NCBI GenBank assembly: GCA_963847125.1
Contig: CAWJYM010000006.1
Coordinates: 6,602 to 70,601, forward strand
Source of the DNA: an uncultured Acidobacteriota bacterium
GTDB lineage: Bacteria > Acidobacteriota > Vicinamibacteria > Vicinamibacterales > 2-12-FULL-66-21
Direction of reading: 5' to 3'
DNA length: 64,000 bases
The notes beneath the pieces were generated by a model that was not told where the DNA came from, searched no databases, and worked only from the letters and a program-made list of their open reading frames with translations. Of the stretch, positions 51,672-60,963 are shown piece after piece. The translations under genes and the position numbers were made by a program. How positions within the stretch are numbered: position 1 is the stretch's first letter; every line of letters begins with the position of its first letter.

Positions 51672-54093
51672 TCGGCAGCCCCTCAGCCGGGAGAACGATG
51701 TGGAAGGTGGCCCCACTGGAGTCGTTCGGCACCGCCCAGAGGCGGCCGCCGTGGGCCTGGACGATCGACCGGGTGATGGCGAGACCCATGCCCATCCCTT
51801 CCGGCTTCGTCGTGAAAAACGGGTCGAAGATGCGCTCGGCCTTCCGCGGGTCGAGGCCCGTCCCTGTATCGGACACCGAGATGAGGACGTCGCTCGCCTC
51901 GCGCCAGGTCCGCAGGCTCAGGTGCCGCTCCCGGTCGACGTCGCGCATGGCGTCGAGGCCGTTCACGATCAGGTTGAACACCACCTGTTGGAGCTGAATG
52001 CGATCGCCCATCACGCGCGGGAGCCCCGTGCACAGATCCGTCGAGCAGCGGACATGGTTTCGATCGGCGCGACTGCGGGCGAGCGCGATGACCTCGCGAA
52101 TCACCTCGTTCAAGTCGACGGGCGCATGCTCGACCGGGGCATGCCGGAACAGCTCGCGCGTCCGCCGAATCACCTCGCTCGCGCGGTTGCTGTCGGTCAC
52201 GACGTCCGCCAGTGCCTCGCGCACATCACCGAGCTCCGCGCCGCGTCCCTGAAGCCACCGCTGGCACGCGTTCACATTGGCGACAATCGCGCACAGCGGC
52301 TGATCGATCTCGTGCGCGATCGAGGCGGCCAGCTCGCCGAGCGCGGACATGCGGCCCATGCGTGCCACCTCCATCTGCGCGTGGTGGAGCGCCTCCTCCG
52401 CCTCTTTGCGTTCGGTGATGTCGGTCGCGGTGCCGCTGGCCCGAATCGGCCGCGCCCCGGCGCGCTCGACGATCGCGCCTCTTGCGACAAACCAGCGGAT
52501 GCTGCCATCGCTGTGAAACAGCCGGCACTCCAGTTCGACCGAGGGGATGCGCCCATCCACGTGCGCGGTCATCCGCTTGTGCGCTTGATCCAGATCCGCG
52601 GCGTGAAACAGGGGGACCCACTCGATCGCGGAGCGGCCGGGACCGCGCGGGTCGAGCCCGAGATCCGTGTTGATCGACGGATCGACGTACACCTGATTGG
52701 TCCGGAGGTCCCAGTCCCACACGCCGACTCGCGCCGCGCTCGTCGCCAGCGTGTAGCGCCGCTCGCTGTCGCGCAGCCGCTCCTCGGCGCGGGTCCGTTC
52801 GGTGACGTCCTGGACGATCGACAGCCGATGGTCGCCGTCGCAGCGGACGACCCGCGCCTGGTACGTCCGGTTCTCGCCCTGAATCGGCAGCGTGTACTGC
52901 ACCACAGCCGGATCGTGTTCTGTCGCGGCGGCGAAGGCCTCCTTGAATTGCGCGGCCAGCGCCGCCGGCATCACTTCCTCCGGCCGTCTGCCGAGAAAAC
53001 GCTCCGGCGGGACGAGCAGTTTGCTCCGGTCCTTCGCGTGAAAGTCCAGGTAAACGCCGTCGGCGGTCTGCAGGAACATCAGGTCGGGAATGGCGGTGAG
53101 AATCGCCCGGTTGCGCGCCTCGCTCGCCCGGAGCGCCGAGTCCCACCGGGTCCGCGCCTCGCTGAGCGCCGCGAGCAGCAGCAGGGGCACGGCCGCGACG
53201 ATGAAAAAGACCTGCAGCGACACGACGCTCGAGGCGGGGGTGGCGCCGACGAACGGGCCGACCCCGTCGCGCGCATCGGGAATCCATTGAAGGGCGACGA
53301 CCGTCAGCGCCGCCGACAATCCGAACGGCCCGAAGCGAACGGCTGCCCACAACAGCACGGGCAGCGGGAGGTACAGCAGCGCCGGCAGCCCGACGCTTCC
53401 GGAGGGAGTCCATCGGAAGGCTGCCGCGTGCACGACGAACAAGGCGACGAGCAATCCACAGAACTCAATCGCCCGGCCGGGACGGCGTCGGAGCTCTCGG
53501 ATCGCCGCAGGCGCCAGAAAAATCACCGGCGTCAGCATCAACCCGGTCGCGACGTTGGCAAAGACGCGCGCGCGGTACGCCGTCCAGAAACTGGGCGCCC
53601 ACCCCAACTCGACGTAGAGCATGGCGGGCAGAAACGACGCCGCCACCGGCGCGGCGACACACGCGGCGACGAACAGTGCGGCCGCCCGAAGATCATCGAG
53701 GTGGGGCCGAGGCCCCGCGTACAGCCGGACCATCCAGGCGCCCAGAAGCGCCTGCGAAGCGTTCCCGACAAAGCTGATGAGCTGAGCGCCCAGCCCTATG
53801 CCGTCCTGGGTGTGGGCCGCGATGTGGCCGACGAGCGCCGCGACGAGAGCGACACCCCAGGAGCTCGTGGGCAACAGAAGGAATGCGGCGAAGAGGATCG
53901 CGTTGGGCGGCCAGACGAAGCCGATGCCGCTCTGCGGGAGCCGCAAGGCAAACCCCGCGTGCGAGGCGAGATAGATCGAAAGAGCAATCAGGAAGGCGGT
54001 TGCGGGGACACCACCAAAACGCAACCGCAGCCGGGTCGCATCCGCGGATCGGTACGTGGCCCGGACGGCAACGTCACTCAAGCCCGTTGTCAC
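51664..54093 (-). CDS. sensor histidine kinase: MASE1 membrane domain, two PAS domains, HisKA, HATPase_c
   Basis: Intact 809 aa. The MASE1-like N-terminus has about 8 TM segments. H-box SIAHEIDQPL and G-boxes DTGTGLD..GMGMGLAI. Confidence 0.85.
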   Translation of the reverse strand: MTTGLSDVAVRATYRSADATRLRLRFGGVPATAFLIALSIYLASHAGFALRLPQSGIGFVWPPNAILFAAFLLLPTSSWGVALVAALVGHIAAHTQDGIGLGAQLISFVGNASQALLGAWMVRLYAGPRPHLDDLRAAALFVAACVAAPVAASFLPAMLYVELGWAPSFWTAYRARVFANVATGLMLTPVIFLAPAAIRELRRRPGRAIEFCGLLVALFVVHAAAFRWTPSGSVGLPALLYLPLPVLLWAAVRFGPFGLSAALTVVALQWIPDARDGVGPFVGATPASSVVSLQVFFIVAAVPLLLLAALSEARTRWDSALRASEARNRAILTAIPDLMFLQTADGVYLDFHAKDRSKLLVPPERFLGRRPEEVMPAALAAQFKEAFAAATEHDPAVVQYTLPIQGENRTYQARVVRCDGDHRLSIVQDVTERTRAEERLRDSERRYTLATSAARVGVWDWDLRTNQVYVDPSINTDLGLDPRGPGRSAIEWVPLFHAADLDQAHKRMTAHVDGRIPSVELECRLFHSDGSIRWFVARGAIVERAGARPIRASGTATDITERKEAEEALHHAQMEVARMGRMSALGELAASIAHEIDQPLCAIVANVNACQRWLQGRGAELGDVREALADVVTDSNRASEVIRRTRELFRHAPVEHAPVDLNEVIREVIALARSRADRNHVRCSTDLCTGLPRVMGDRIQLQQVVFNLIVNGLDAMRDVDRERHLSLRTWREASDVLISVSDTGTGLDPRKAERIFDPFFTTKPEGMGMGLAITRSIVQAHGGRLWAVPNDSSGATFHIVLPAEGLPSD

Positions 54094-54202
54094 TCCACGG
54101 TCTGCTGTCTCCGCCGCTCGCAGGCCGGGCGGGTGCAGAGCCTACTCACCGGTAATCGAGAGCGGTCCCGTCATTCTAACTGTAACGACCTGGAACGCGA
54201 AG

Positions 54203-54658
54203 ATGCCTGTTCAGTATTCAACGCCCCCTTGGGTTCACTGGGACCGCGTTTGCGGTAGCATCTGCGGTGTGCCCACCCACTTTGACGACCGCCGCCACAA
54301 TTCGGATCGCCGCCGCGCCTCGCGAGGAGGCCGCCGCCCGGCCGATCGGGCCGGCGCGGCGCCCCTGGTGCTCGTCGCCGACGACGACGCGGGGAGCGCG
54401 GCGCGCTCGGAAGCCATCCTGTGCCGCCTGAGGTTCGCCGTAGCGCCGGCCGGCAGCGTGGAGGAAGCCGTTCGGGTCATGCGGGCCCTCCGGCCGGAGG
54501 TAGTCGTAGCCCGGCTGCGCGACAACGACCGGCTCAAGTATGAGATGCGCAAAGATCCCCTGACGGCCGATATACCGGTCGTCGAGATAAACGACGGAGC
54601 GATGGAACCCGAACAGTTCGTCGAAGAAGTGCGGGCTGCCTTAAGGCCACCGCCCTAA
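54203..54658 (+). CDS. receiver-like (degenerate REC) protein with Arg-rich N-terminal segment
   Basis: Part of ORF 54056..54658: DDRRHNSDRRRASRGGRR, then LVLVADDD..AVAPAGSVEEAVRVMRALRPEVVV..DIPVVEI. The start is uncertain (ATG 54203 or GTG 54269). Confidence 0.4.
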   Translation: MPVQYSTPPWVHWDRVCGSICGVPTHFDDRRHNSDRRRASRGGRRPADRAGAAPLVLVADDDAGSAARSEAILCRLRFAVAPAGSVEEAVRVMRALRPEVVVARLRDNDRLKYEMRKDPLTADIPVVEINDGAMEPEQFVEEVRAALRPPP

Positions 54659-54730
54659 CTTTGCGACAATAAAGGGGTTCGTGCTACTCTGACCGGGTAC
54701 CGCCGGCTCCCCCGGCGCTAAACAGCTGCA

Positions 54731-55801
54731 GTGAGCAGATCCAACCCGCTCGAGGTAAACCTCGGGCTCGTACCGCGCGCGCGCGTCGACATCGTCGACC
54801 CGCGCACCTCCCTCTCGGCCGGCGAGCGTGCCGCACTCAGGCCCTTCGCCCGTTGTCTCTACTGGTCCAGTCACACCACCGCAGGCTTTCTGGAAAGGGC
54901 GCTGGCGGCGCGTCTATTGCGGCGAAAGGCGACGGCCGGCTACCTCGATGCCTTCCGGGCGATCTTCCCCGAGGGTGGGGGCTACGAGCACGACCGTCTC
55001 GATCAGCGGACGGAGCTGGCGCCGGAGCAGCGGCTCGTCGAGCCGAGGAACGCCGACTCGCACCTCGCCTTCATCGCGGCCGGGCTGCGCACCTGCGTGA
55101 GCTTCCCGAACCGGGAAGCCGAACCGGTCCGCTTCGTGGATCTGGACGGGATGCACGCGGGCCAGCCTCGCCAGCGCCTGGCCCGGATCATCGGGTACCA
55201 GCGCGAGGATGAGGTCGAGCGGCTCCAGATCGAGGTGCCCATGTCGGCCCACCCGGTCGACTCTATCAATCTCAAGGACCCGCGCCTCGGCATCTACGAG
55301 CAGCTCAACGCCCTGATCGCCCGCCACGACGTCACGAAGGGGCGCCTCAGGCTGGCGCTCGACCACGGAGAGCGTCACGCCGGGCTGACGGTCAACGAGT
55401 ACGAGACGCTCCTCATGCGCTACGACCTGGCCGAGGTGCTGCGCAACCCGCTCCGGTTCGCCGCCCAGCAGGCCCGCAATGCGTTGAAGGATCCGCGCGC
55501 GGTGCCGGTCAAGACGCTCGGCTACGCGAAATACGATCTCGTCCGCGTCGTCAATCAAGTCGTCGACGCGCTCGGCCTGCGCGAATCAGTCGTGGAGCGG
55601 CTGGTCTCGCGCGCGCTGGCCGCGCCGGCGGCGCGGTTCCTGCGCATGAAGCGGCGCGTGGACCTCCTCGTGTCGGACACGAACGGCGACGGCCGCGGCA
55701 CGCTCGTCGAGGGAACCTACCAGAGCCCCATCCTCGTCCAGTGGCATCGCGCGCCGCGAGAGGCGCGCTTCCTGGACGTCACGCTCACACGCCTGTCGTG
55801 A
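54731..55801 (+). CDS. 356-aa protein with two YjbQ/UPF0047-like modules
   Basis: Module 1: YWSSHTTAGFLE..GGGYEHD..NADSHLAFIAAGL. Module 2: HAGLTVNEYE..GTLVEGTYQSPILVQW. These echo the UPF0047 motifs HTSASLTINEN, YEHD, SHIKSSMLG and LGTWQGIWL as I remember them. Confidence 0.45.
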   Translation: MSRSNPLEVNLGLVPRARVDIVDPRTSLSAGERAALRPFARCLYWSSHTTAGFLERALAARLLRRKATAGYLDAFRAIFPEGGGYEHDRLDQRTELAPEQRLVEPRNADSHLAFIAAGLRTCVSFPNREAEPVRFVDLDGMHAGQPRQRLARIIGYQREDEVERLQIEVPMSAHPVDSINLKDPRLGIYEQLNALIARHDVTKGRLRLALDHGERHAGLTVNEYETLLMRYDLAEVLRNPLRFAAQQARNALKDPRAVPVKTLGYAKYDLVRVVNQVVDALGLRESVVERLVSRALAAPAARFLRMKRRVDLLVSDTNGDGRGTLVEGTYQSPILVQWHRAPREARFLDVTLTRLS

Positions 55802-56082
55802 CAGACGAGGAACGCGAAGAAATCCTGCGGCTGCTCGCGAGCTACGACGACATGACGCGCGCGATCATGACGCTCGTCAAGCTCGTGCACGCCGCCCCGG
55901 ATATCGAGCTCGACACGAAGCACGCCAGCCTCGTGGCCGAAGTCGCCGCGCTGGCGCCCGTGTGGCGGAGCCACGCCGAGACCGCGCGGGCGAAGCTCCT
56001 CCTGGAGCGGCGCAGCCGGAGGGTCGACCCACCGTCCGACGCCTATCACGGTCTCGAGCGCCGGCAATCGTGGGAGGAATGA
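55798..56082 (+). CDS. small helical protein of unknown function
   Basis: The GTG start overlaps the upstream stop (GTGA). 94 aa: VTDEEREEILRLLASYDDMTRAIMTLVKLVH.. Confidence 0.35.
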   Translation: MTDEEREEILRLLASYDDMTRAIMTLVKLVHAAPDIELDTKHASLVAEVAALAPVWRSHAETARAKLLLERRSRRVDPPSDAYHGLERRQSWEE

Positions 56083-56084
56083 TT

Positions 56085-56170
56085 GTAGGCCCAACCTTCA
56101 GGCCGGGCGTCCCCGCATAAGCCGAAGGTCCGGATGGTCCCACCACGCCCGACCTTAAGGTCGGGCCTAC
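56085..56170. repeat. REP-like palindrome (25-bp arms), probable bidirectional terminator
   Basis: GTAGGCCCAACCTTCAGGCCGGGCG ... CGCCCGACCTTAAGGTCGGGCCTAC. It lies between convergent genes, and the right arm covers the stop of ORF 56167..56631. Confidence 0.7.
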
Positions 56171-56631
56171 GGCGTCAGCTTCCGCGTCTCGAAATCGACG
56201 GGATTCAGCGGCACGTCCCAGTGGGCGTCCAGGATCTCGAACCGCCGCGCCTCTTCCTTCCTGAACTTCGCCTGGTCCGGGTACAGCTTCTTGATGACCT
56301 CTTCCTCGGACGGTCCCGCGGCCGGCTCGCGCGCGACCAGCTCCACGGCAAACGTCCAGTCCGCGCGCCCGTCGCCGTGGTACCGCGGCGCGTAAGTCCG
56401 AATAGTCGAGTACGCGCCTCCCTGCATCCGCGCCTTCAGTATCGGGTAGTGATTGCGCTGGAAGAGATTGAGGAACTCGTCCTGATGGCCCCATTTCACT
56501 TTGTAGAAGTACCAGGTGGTGACTTCGCGGACTTGGGTTCCTTGGGTTCTTGGGGTTCCTGGGGTTCCGAGGGTTCCAGCGGTTCCAAGGGTTCCAACAA
56601 GAAGCATGAGCGAGAGGGCGAGATAGCGCAT
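56167..56631 (-). CDS. small secreted protein with GT(L/A/P) 9-nt repeat linker
   Basis: 154 aa: MRYLALSLMLLVGTLGTAGTLGTPGTPRTQGTQ, then VTTWYFYKVKWGHQDEFLNLFQRNHYPILKARMQ.. No alternative start exists downstream of the repeat. Confidence 0.5.
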   Translation of the reverse strand: MRYLALSLMLLVGTLGTAGTLGTPGTPRTQGTQVREVTTWYFYKVKWGHQDEFLNLFQRNHYPILKARMQGGAYSTIRTYAPRYHGDGRADWTFAVELVAREPAAGPSEEEVIKKLYPDQAKFRKEEARRFEILDAHWDVPLNPVDFETRKLTP

Positions 56632-56671
56632 GTCGGCTCCGTTTCGAGCCGGAATGTTCTCACAACTCGCC

Positions 56672-56694
56672 GCAGCCCTAAAGGGCTGCGCTAC
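56672..56694. repeat. short REP hairpin GCAGCCC-TAAA-GGGCTGC-GCTAC (copy 1)
   Basis: Same 23-mer as 61594..61616 except for one loop base. Confidence 0.6.
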
Positions 56695-56713
56695 AAGGTT
56701 GCGCTAGGCTGCG

Positions 56714-57211
56714 CTACGGGCACAGTTTCACCCCCGCGTCGACCAGCGGGCCGAGGTCCTTCGGCTTGCGCGGCAGCGGCGGCCATGTTCGCTCGTGCCC
56801 TTCGTCCTCGATCTGCTTCAATTCGGCGGCGGAGACGCGGTGGGTCTCGAGCAGCTGCTGCCGACACGACTTGGTGTTGCACCGGGCCGATGCGGCGAAG
56901 ATGTCCATCCGCTGCTCCTGCTTCAGCCGCGAGAGCGGATTGCTCGGCGGTCGTGAGGACTCGGGCATTCTGATCGGCTGGACGGAACCGTAGCCGCGCG
57001 CAGTCGCTTCCTCGTTCACGGCGTAGTTGGCCCCGGCATGCCGAAACACGACCGCGCCGGATTGGCAGCCCAGCGTGCCGACGCCTACGCTGAACGGCCA
57101 GCGCCAGTCGAACTCCGACCTCGTCACCGTGCGCTGCTGGGACACGGGAACATCCGGGATCGGATCCTGGATGGCCTGGGACGCGCAGCCGGCGATCGCA
57201 AAGAGGAGCAT
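56714..57211 (-). CDS. lipoprotein, DUF2511/YebY-like N-terminal part
   Basis: ATG 57211 gives MLLFAIAGC (lipobox), then ..EFDWRWPFSVGVGTLGCQSGAVVFRHAGANYAVNEEA.. The family call is tentative. Confidence 0.4.
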   Translation of the reverse strand: MLLFAIAGCASQAIQDPIPDVPVSQQRTVTRSEFDWRWPFSVGVGTLGCQSGAVVFRHAGANYAVNEEATARGYGSVQPIRMPESSRPPSNPLSRLKQEQRMDIFAASARCNTKSCRQQLLETHRVSAAELKQIEDEGHERTWPPLPRKPKDLGPLVDAGVKLCP

Positions 57212-57240
57212 CGGCACGCCTGCGCGGGGTCTCACGTCGG

Positions 57241-59874
57241 CTACTCGTACCGCAGCGCGGTGACCGGATCGAGGCGCGTCGCCCGCCGCGCCGGCCAGAA
57301 GCACGCCGCGAGCGCAACCGCTACGAGCAGGATGGCGATCGAGACCAGCGTCGCCGGATCGGCGGCGCTCGTCTGCATCAGAAAGCTTCGCAGGAGTCTG
57401 CCGATGACCAGCGCGCCGCCAAGGCCCGCGACGAGCCCGGTGCCGAGCGGCAGAAGCGCATGGCGGACGAACAACCAGACGACGTCGCCTCGCTGGGCGC
57501 CGAGCGCCATGCGCACGCCGATTTCCTGCGTGCGCTGCCGCACCGAATACGCGGTCGTCGCATAGAGTCCGACTGCCGCCACGGCGAGCGCGATCCCGGC
57601 AAACACCACGAACATCAGACCGAAGATGCGATGCGCCCAGCGGGACTGTCCCTCGAGCACGCGCAGGGAGATGATGCCGGACACCGCCAGCTCGGGATCC
57701 AGCGCCCGGACTTCCTGCCGGACGAGCGCGGCGAGGCCTTCCGGCGCCGGGCCACGCACCAGCAACGTCGCGAACGGTCGGGGGTCGGCGCGCATCGGGA
57801 CGTAGGCGACTGGGTCCAGCTCCTGGAGGTCAAAGGGCTGCTGCTGCCGAATCGAGGGGGACACGCCGACGATCGTCAGCCACGGAGATTCGGTTCCCGA
57901 AACCACCGGATCTGACAGTCGGATGCGCCGCCCGAGCGGCTCCTCGTTCGGAAAGTGCAACCCGGCGAGGCGTTCGTTCACGATGACGGTCTCGTACCCG
58001 GGCGCGCCATCGACAGCGCTGAACACCCGCCCTCTCAGCAGCCGCACGCCCAGCGTCTCGAAATACTCCGGACCGATCGCAACGAAGGACACGTTCGGCG
58101 TGGTTCCTTCTTTCGCCGGAGGGCGTGCGTCAACGGACAGCGCCCGGCGACGGGCGCCGGCGAACGGCACGTTGCTCGTGAACGCAGCCGAGGCGATCGG
58201 GCCGATTCCTTCGAACCGCGCCATAAGACGGTCATAGAAGAGCAACCACTGCTCTCGCGGGTATTTCTGTACCGGCAGCGTCAGGCCCATCGCAACGACC
58301 TGGGAGCCGTCCACGACCCGGTCCGCCCGATGGAGCGCGAGGAAGCTGCGCATCATCAGGCCGGCGCCGGCCAACAACACGAGCGTGAAGGCGAGCTCGA
58401 TCCCGAGCAGCACGCGCGTCCAGCGGCGGGCCCGCACGCCGCCGGAGCCGGTCCATCCGGATTCTTTCAGGACCTCGTTCGCGCTGGTCCTGGAGAGGTG
58501 CAGCGCCGGCACCAGCCCGAAGATCAAGCCAGTGCCCAGACAGGCGGCCGCCATGAATGCGAGCACGCGCGCGTCCATCGTCCATCGGATGGAGTACGGG
58601 AAGTTGATCCCGTCGACGTGACTCATGAACGCTCGGAGACCGGCGACTGCCAGGGCAAGGCCCAGCCCGCCGGCGGCGATGAGCAGCACCGCGCTTTCGA
58701 CGAGCAGTTGTCGGACAATCCTCCACCTCGTCGCGCCGAGCGACGCGCGCATCGCCATCTCTCGCGATCGGGAGGCCGCGCGCGCGAGCAGGAGGTTGGC
58801 GATGTTCGCGCACGCGATCAGCAGCACGAATCCAACGGCGCCGACGAGCGCCATGAAGATCCGTCGTGCTGAGCTGCTGTCGACGAAAGGCGTTACCGCC
58901 GCGCCCAGATCCTTGTTCGTGTCGGGAAAGGCTCGGGCAAGACGGTCGGCGATTGCGGCCAGCTCCGACTGGGCCTCCAGTATCCCCTTCCGAGCCGCGA
59001 GACGTCCAAAGACCGTGAGCGTTCTGGCATCGCGCTTCTGCCTCGCGAGGTCGGGCATCTGCGCAAGCGGCTGCCAGATGTCCGAGACCACCGGGAACCT
59101 GAAACCCTCCGGCATGACGCCGATGACGACCGCCGGCACGCCGTTCACCCGGATCGTGCGGCCGACGACGGCGGGGTCGTTGCCGTAGCGTCCATTCCAG
59201 ACGCGGTAGCCGAGCATGACGACCGGCGGAGCGTCCGGACGATCGTCCTCGGGAAGGAAATCCCGGCCCAGCGTCGGGCGGTCCCCGATCAGCCGAAAGG
59301 CGTTCCACGAGAGATACGAACCAGAGAAGCGATCGGGCGCGGCGCTCTCGTCGGCGACGATCAGCTGCGTGTCGCTGTACGCCGCGACGCCTTCGAGTGC
59401 GTTCGTCGACCGACGCCAGTCTTCGAAGTCCGGGAACGACACCAGGAGCGGGCGCCCCGCCGCGTTGCGCATGCCCAGCCGCACGATGCGATCTGGATCG
59501 TCGACGGGTAGCCCGCGCGACAGCGCGTTCACAACCGTGAACACCGTGCCGTTGATCCCTATCCCGAGCGCTAGAGTCGTGACGGCCACGAGCGTGAACG
59601 CGCGGTCCTTCAGCAGCAGGCGCACGGCGAAACGCAGGTCCTGACCGGCATCCTGAAGCCAGGGCCAGATCCAGACGTCGCGGGCGCGCTCACGGGCCGA
59701 CAACACATTGCCGAGCGCACGCCGGGCCTCGAGCGCGGCGTCGTCACGTGTGAGGCCGCGCCGCTCGAGATCCTGCGCTTTCAGCCGCTGATGCTGTTCC
59801 AGTTCTTCGGCGAGCTCATCCTCGAGCCGCCCGCGGCGAGCGAGGTACCAAACGCGCCTGAGAAACTCTCGCAT
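57241..59874 (-). CDS. ADOP-family duplicated MacB/FtsX-like permease
   Basis: Intact 877 aa. The N-terminus is MREFLRRVWYLARRGRLEDELAEELEQHQ..WLQDAGQDLRFAVRLLLKDRAFTLVAV, followed by two MacB_PCD/FtsX halves. Confidence 0.85.
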   Translation of the reverse strand: MREFLRRVWYLARRGRLEDELAEELEQHQRLKAQDLERRGLTRDDAALEARRALGNVLSARERARDVWIWPWLQDAGQDLRFAVRLLLKDRAFTLVAVTTLALGIGINGTVFTVVNALSRGLPVDDPDRIVRLGMRNAAGRPLLVSFPDFEDWRRSTNALEGVAAYSDTQLIVADESAAPDRFSGSYLSWNAFRLIGDRPTLGRDFLPEDDRPDAPPVVMLGYRVWNGRYGNDPAVVGRTIRVNGVPAVVIGVMPEGFRFPVVSDIWQPLAQMPDLARQKRDARTLTVFGRLAARKGILEAQSELAAIADRLARAFPDTNKDLGAAVTPFVDSSSARRIFMALVGAVGFVLLIACANIANLLLARAASRSREMAMRASLGATRWRIVRQLLVESAVLLIAAGGLGLALAVAGLRAFMSHVDGINFPYSIRWTMDARVLAFMAAACLGTGLIFGLVPALHLSRTSANEVLKESGWTGSGGVRARRWTRVLLGIELAFTLVLLAGAGLMMRSFLALHRADRVVDGSQVVAMGLTLPVQKYPREQWLLFYDRLMARFEGIGPIASAAFTSNVPFAGARRRALSVDARPPAKEGTTPNVSFVAIGPEYFETLGVRLLRGRVFSAVDGAPGYETVIVNERLAGLHFPNEEPLGRRIRLSDPVVSGTESPWLTIVGVSPSIRQQQPFDLQELDPVAYVPMRADPRPFATLLVRGPAPEGLAALVRQEVRALDPELAVSGIISLRVLEGQSRWAHRIFGLMFVVFAGIALAVAAVGLYATTAYSVRQRTQEIGVRMALGAQRGDVVWLFVRHALLPLGTGLVAGLGGALVIGRLLRSFLMQTSAADPATLVSIAILLVAVALAACFWPARRATRLDPVTALRYE

Positions 59875-59878
59875 CGCG

Positions 59879-60214
59879 TCACGCCGTGTCGAGAACCTTG
59901 TGGATCGCCAGGATCAAGCGATCGAACTCCTGCCGCTCGACCACCAGGTGCTTACGGCCCGCCGCGGTCAGCGTGTAGTAGCGCGCCCGGCGGTTGTTCT
60001 CCGACGCGCCCCACTCCGCCTTGACCCAACCCTTCAGGAGGAGCCGCTGCAGCGCCGGATACAGCGAGCTCTCCCCCACCTGGAGCACGTCTTCCGACAC
60101 GAGTTGGATGTGCTGCGCGATGCCGTACCCGTGCTTCGCGCCAGGCCCGAGCGCTTTGAGGATCAGCAGTTCGAGCGTGCCGGGCAGGAGATCGGGCGCG
60201 TCATTGCTTCCCAT
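59879..60214 (-). CDS. PadR-family transcriptional regulator
   Basis: ATG 60214 within ORF 59879..60976 gives ..LLPGTLELLILKALGPGAKHGYGIAQHIQLVSEDVLQVGESSLYPALQRLLLKGWV.. Confidence 0.85.
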   Translation of the reverse strand: MGSNDAPDLLPGTLELLILKALGPGAKHGYGIAQHIQLVSEDVLQVGESSLYPALQRLLLKGWVKAEWGASENNRRARYYTLTAAGRKHLVVERQEFDRLILAIHKVLDTA

Positions 60215-60219
60215 GGCTT

Positions 60220-60238
60220 CCCATCGTCTGACGATGGG
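60220..60238. promoter_or_regulatory. perfect 8-3-8 palindrome, candidate PadR operator
   Basis: CCCATCGT-CTG-ACGATGGG, 6 nt upstream of the padR ATG. Confidence 0.4.
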
Positions 60239-60350
60239 AGAATGCCGCAACCCAACCTTCGTGTCAAGCGGACAGCCTTTCTCAGGATTCTTCAGGCGCC
60301 GCTCACGACCTGCGTCACGGGCTTGCGTAGAGTGTTCGGGAGGGGTGCAC

Positions 60351-60943
60351 ATGGCCGCGCTGGGATTGCTCATTGGGCTCAGTATGTTGAATTTCGGCGT
60401 CAAGGGAGGCGTGAACGCGGCAAACCTGATGGTCGAGGGCGGCGTGGTCCATCCTGGTCTGAACAACCACATCGGGTGGGTGGCAGGCACATTCGCGGCT
60501 TGGCCCGTGACCACGCACCTGGACATCCAGTGTGAAACGCTCTTCAGCCGAAAGGGGACCTCGTTCGACCAGTCCGGCGTCGATGCGGACATCAGCATCA
60601 GGTACCTCGAGATTCCGATCCTTTTCCGGTACGGGTCATCCGTGGAGGCCGGCAAATTGCGGCACGGCAAATCGGCGAAGGTCTTCGCGGGACCGTCGTT
60701 CGCCTTCAGGCGGAAAGTGGAAGCGACCGGCGAGTTCCCGGGTCTTGCCGACGAAGAGGACATCGAGGACGAGTCGCGGCGTTCGACCTCGGATTCGTGA
60801 TAGGCGCGGGCATCGAAAGTCGCGGGATCGTGTTCGACAGCCGGTACACGCGGGGGCTCAGGAACGTCAACGCTCGGCCCGGCGGGGATGACGCCAACTT
60901 CAAGCACCGGGTGTTCTCGATTATGGTCGGGGTCAGGCTGTGA
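60351..60943 (+). CDS. small OM beta-barrel protein (paralog 1; frame break near 60778)
   Basis: ORF 59994..60800 from ATG 60351. After frame correction it continues ..RRFDLGFVIGAGIESRGIVFDSRYTRGLRNVN..RVFSIMVGVRL to TGA 60941. It is colinear with the next gene. Confidence 0.55.
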
Positions 60944-60963
60944 AGAATGAGGGAGAGGTACAC

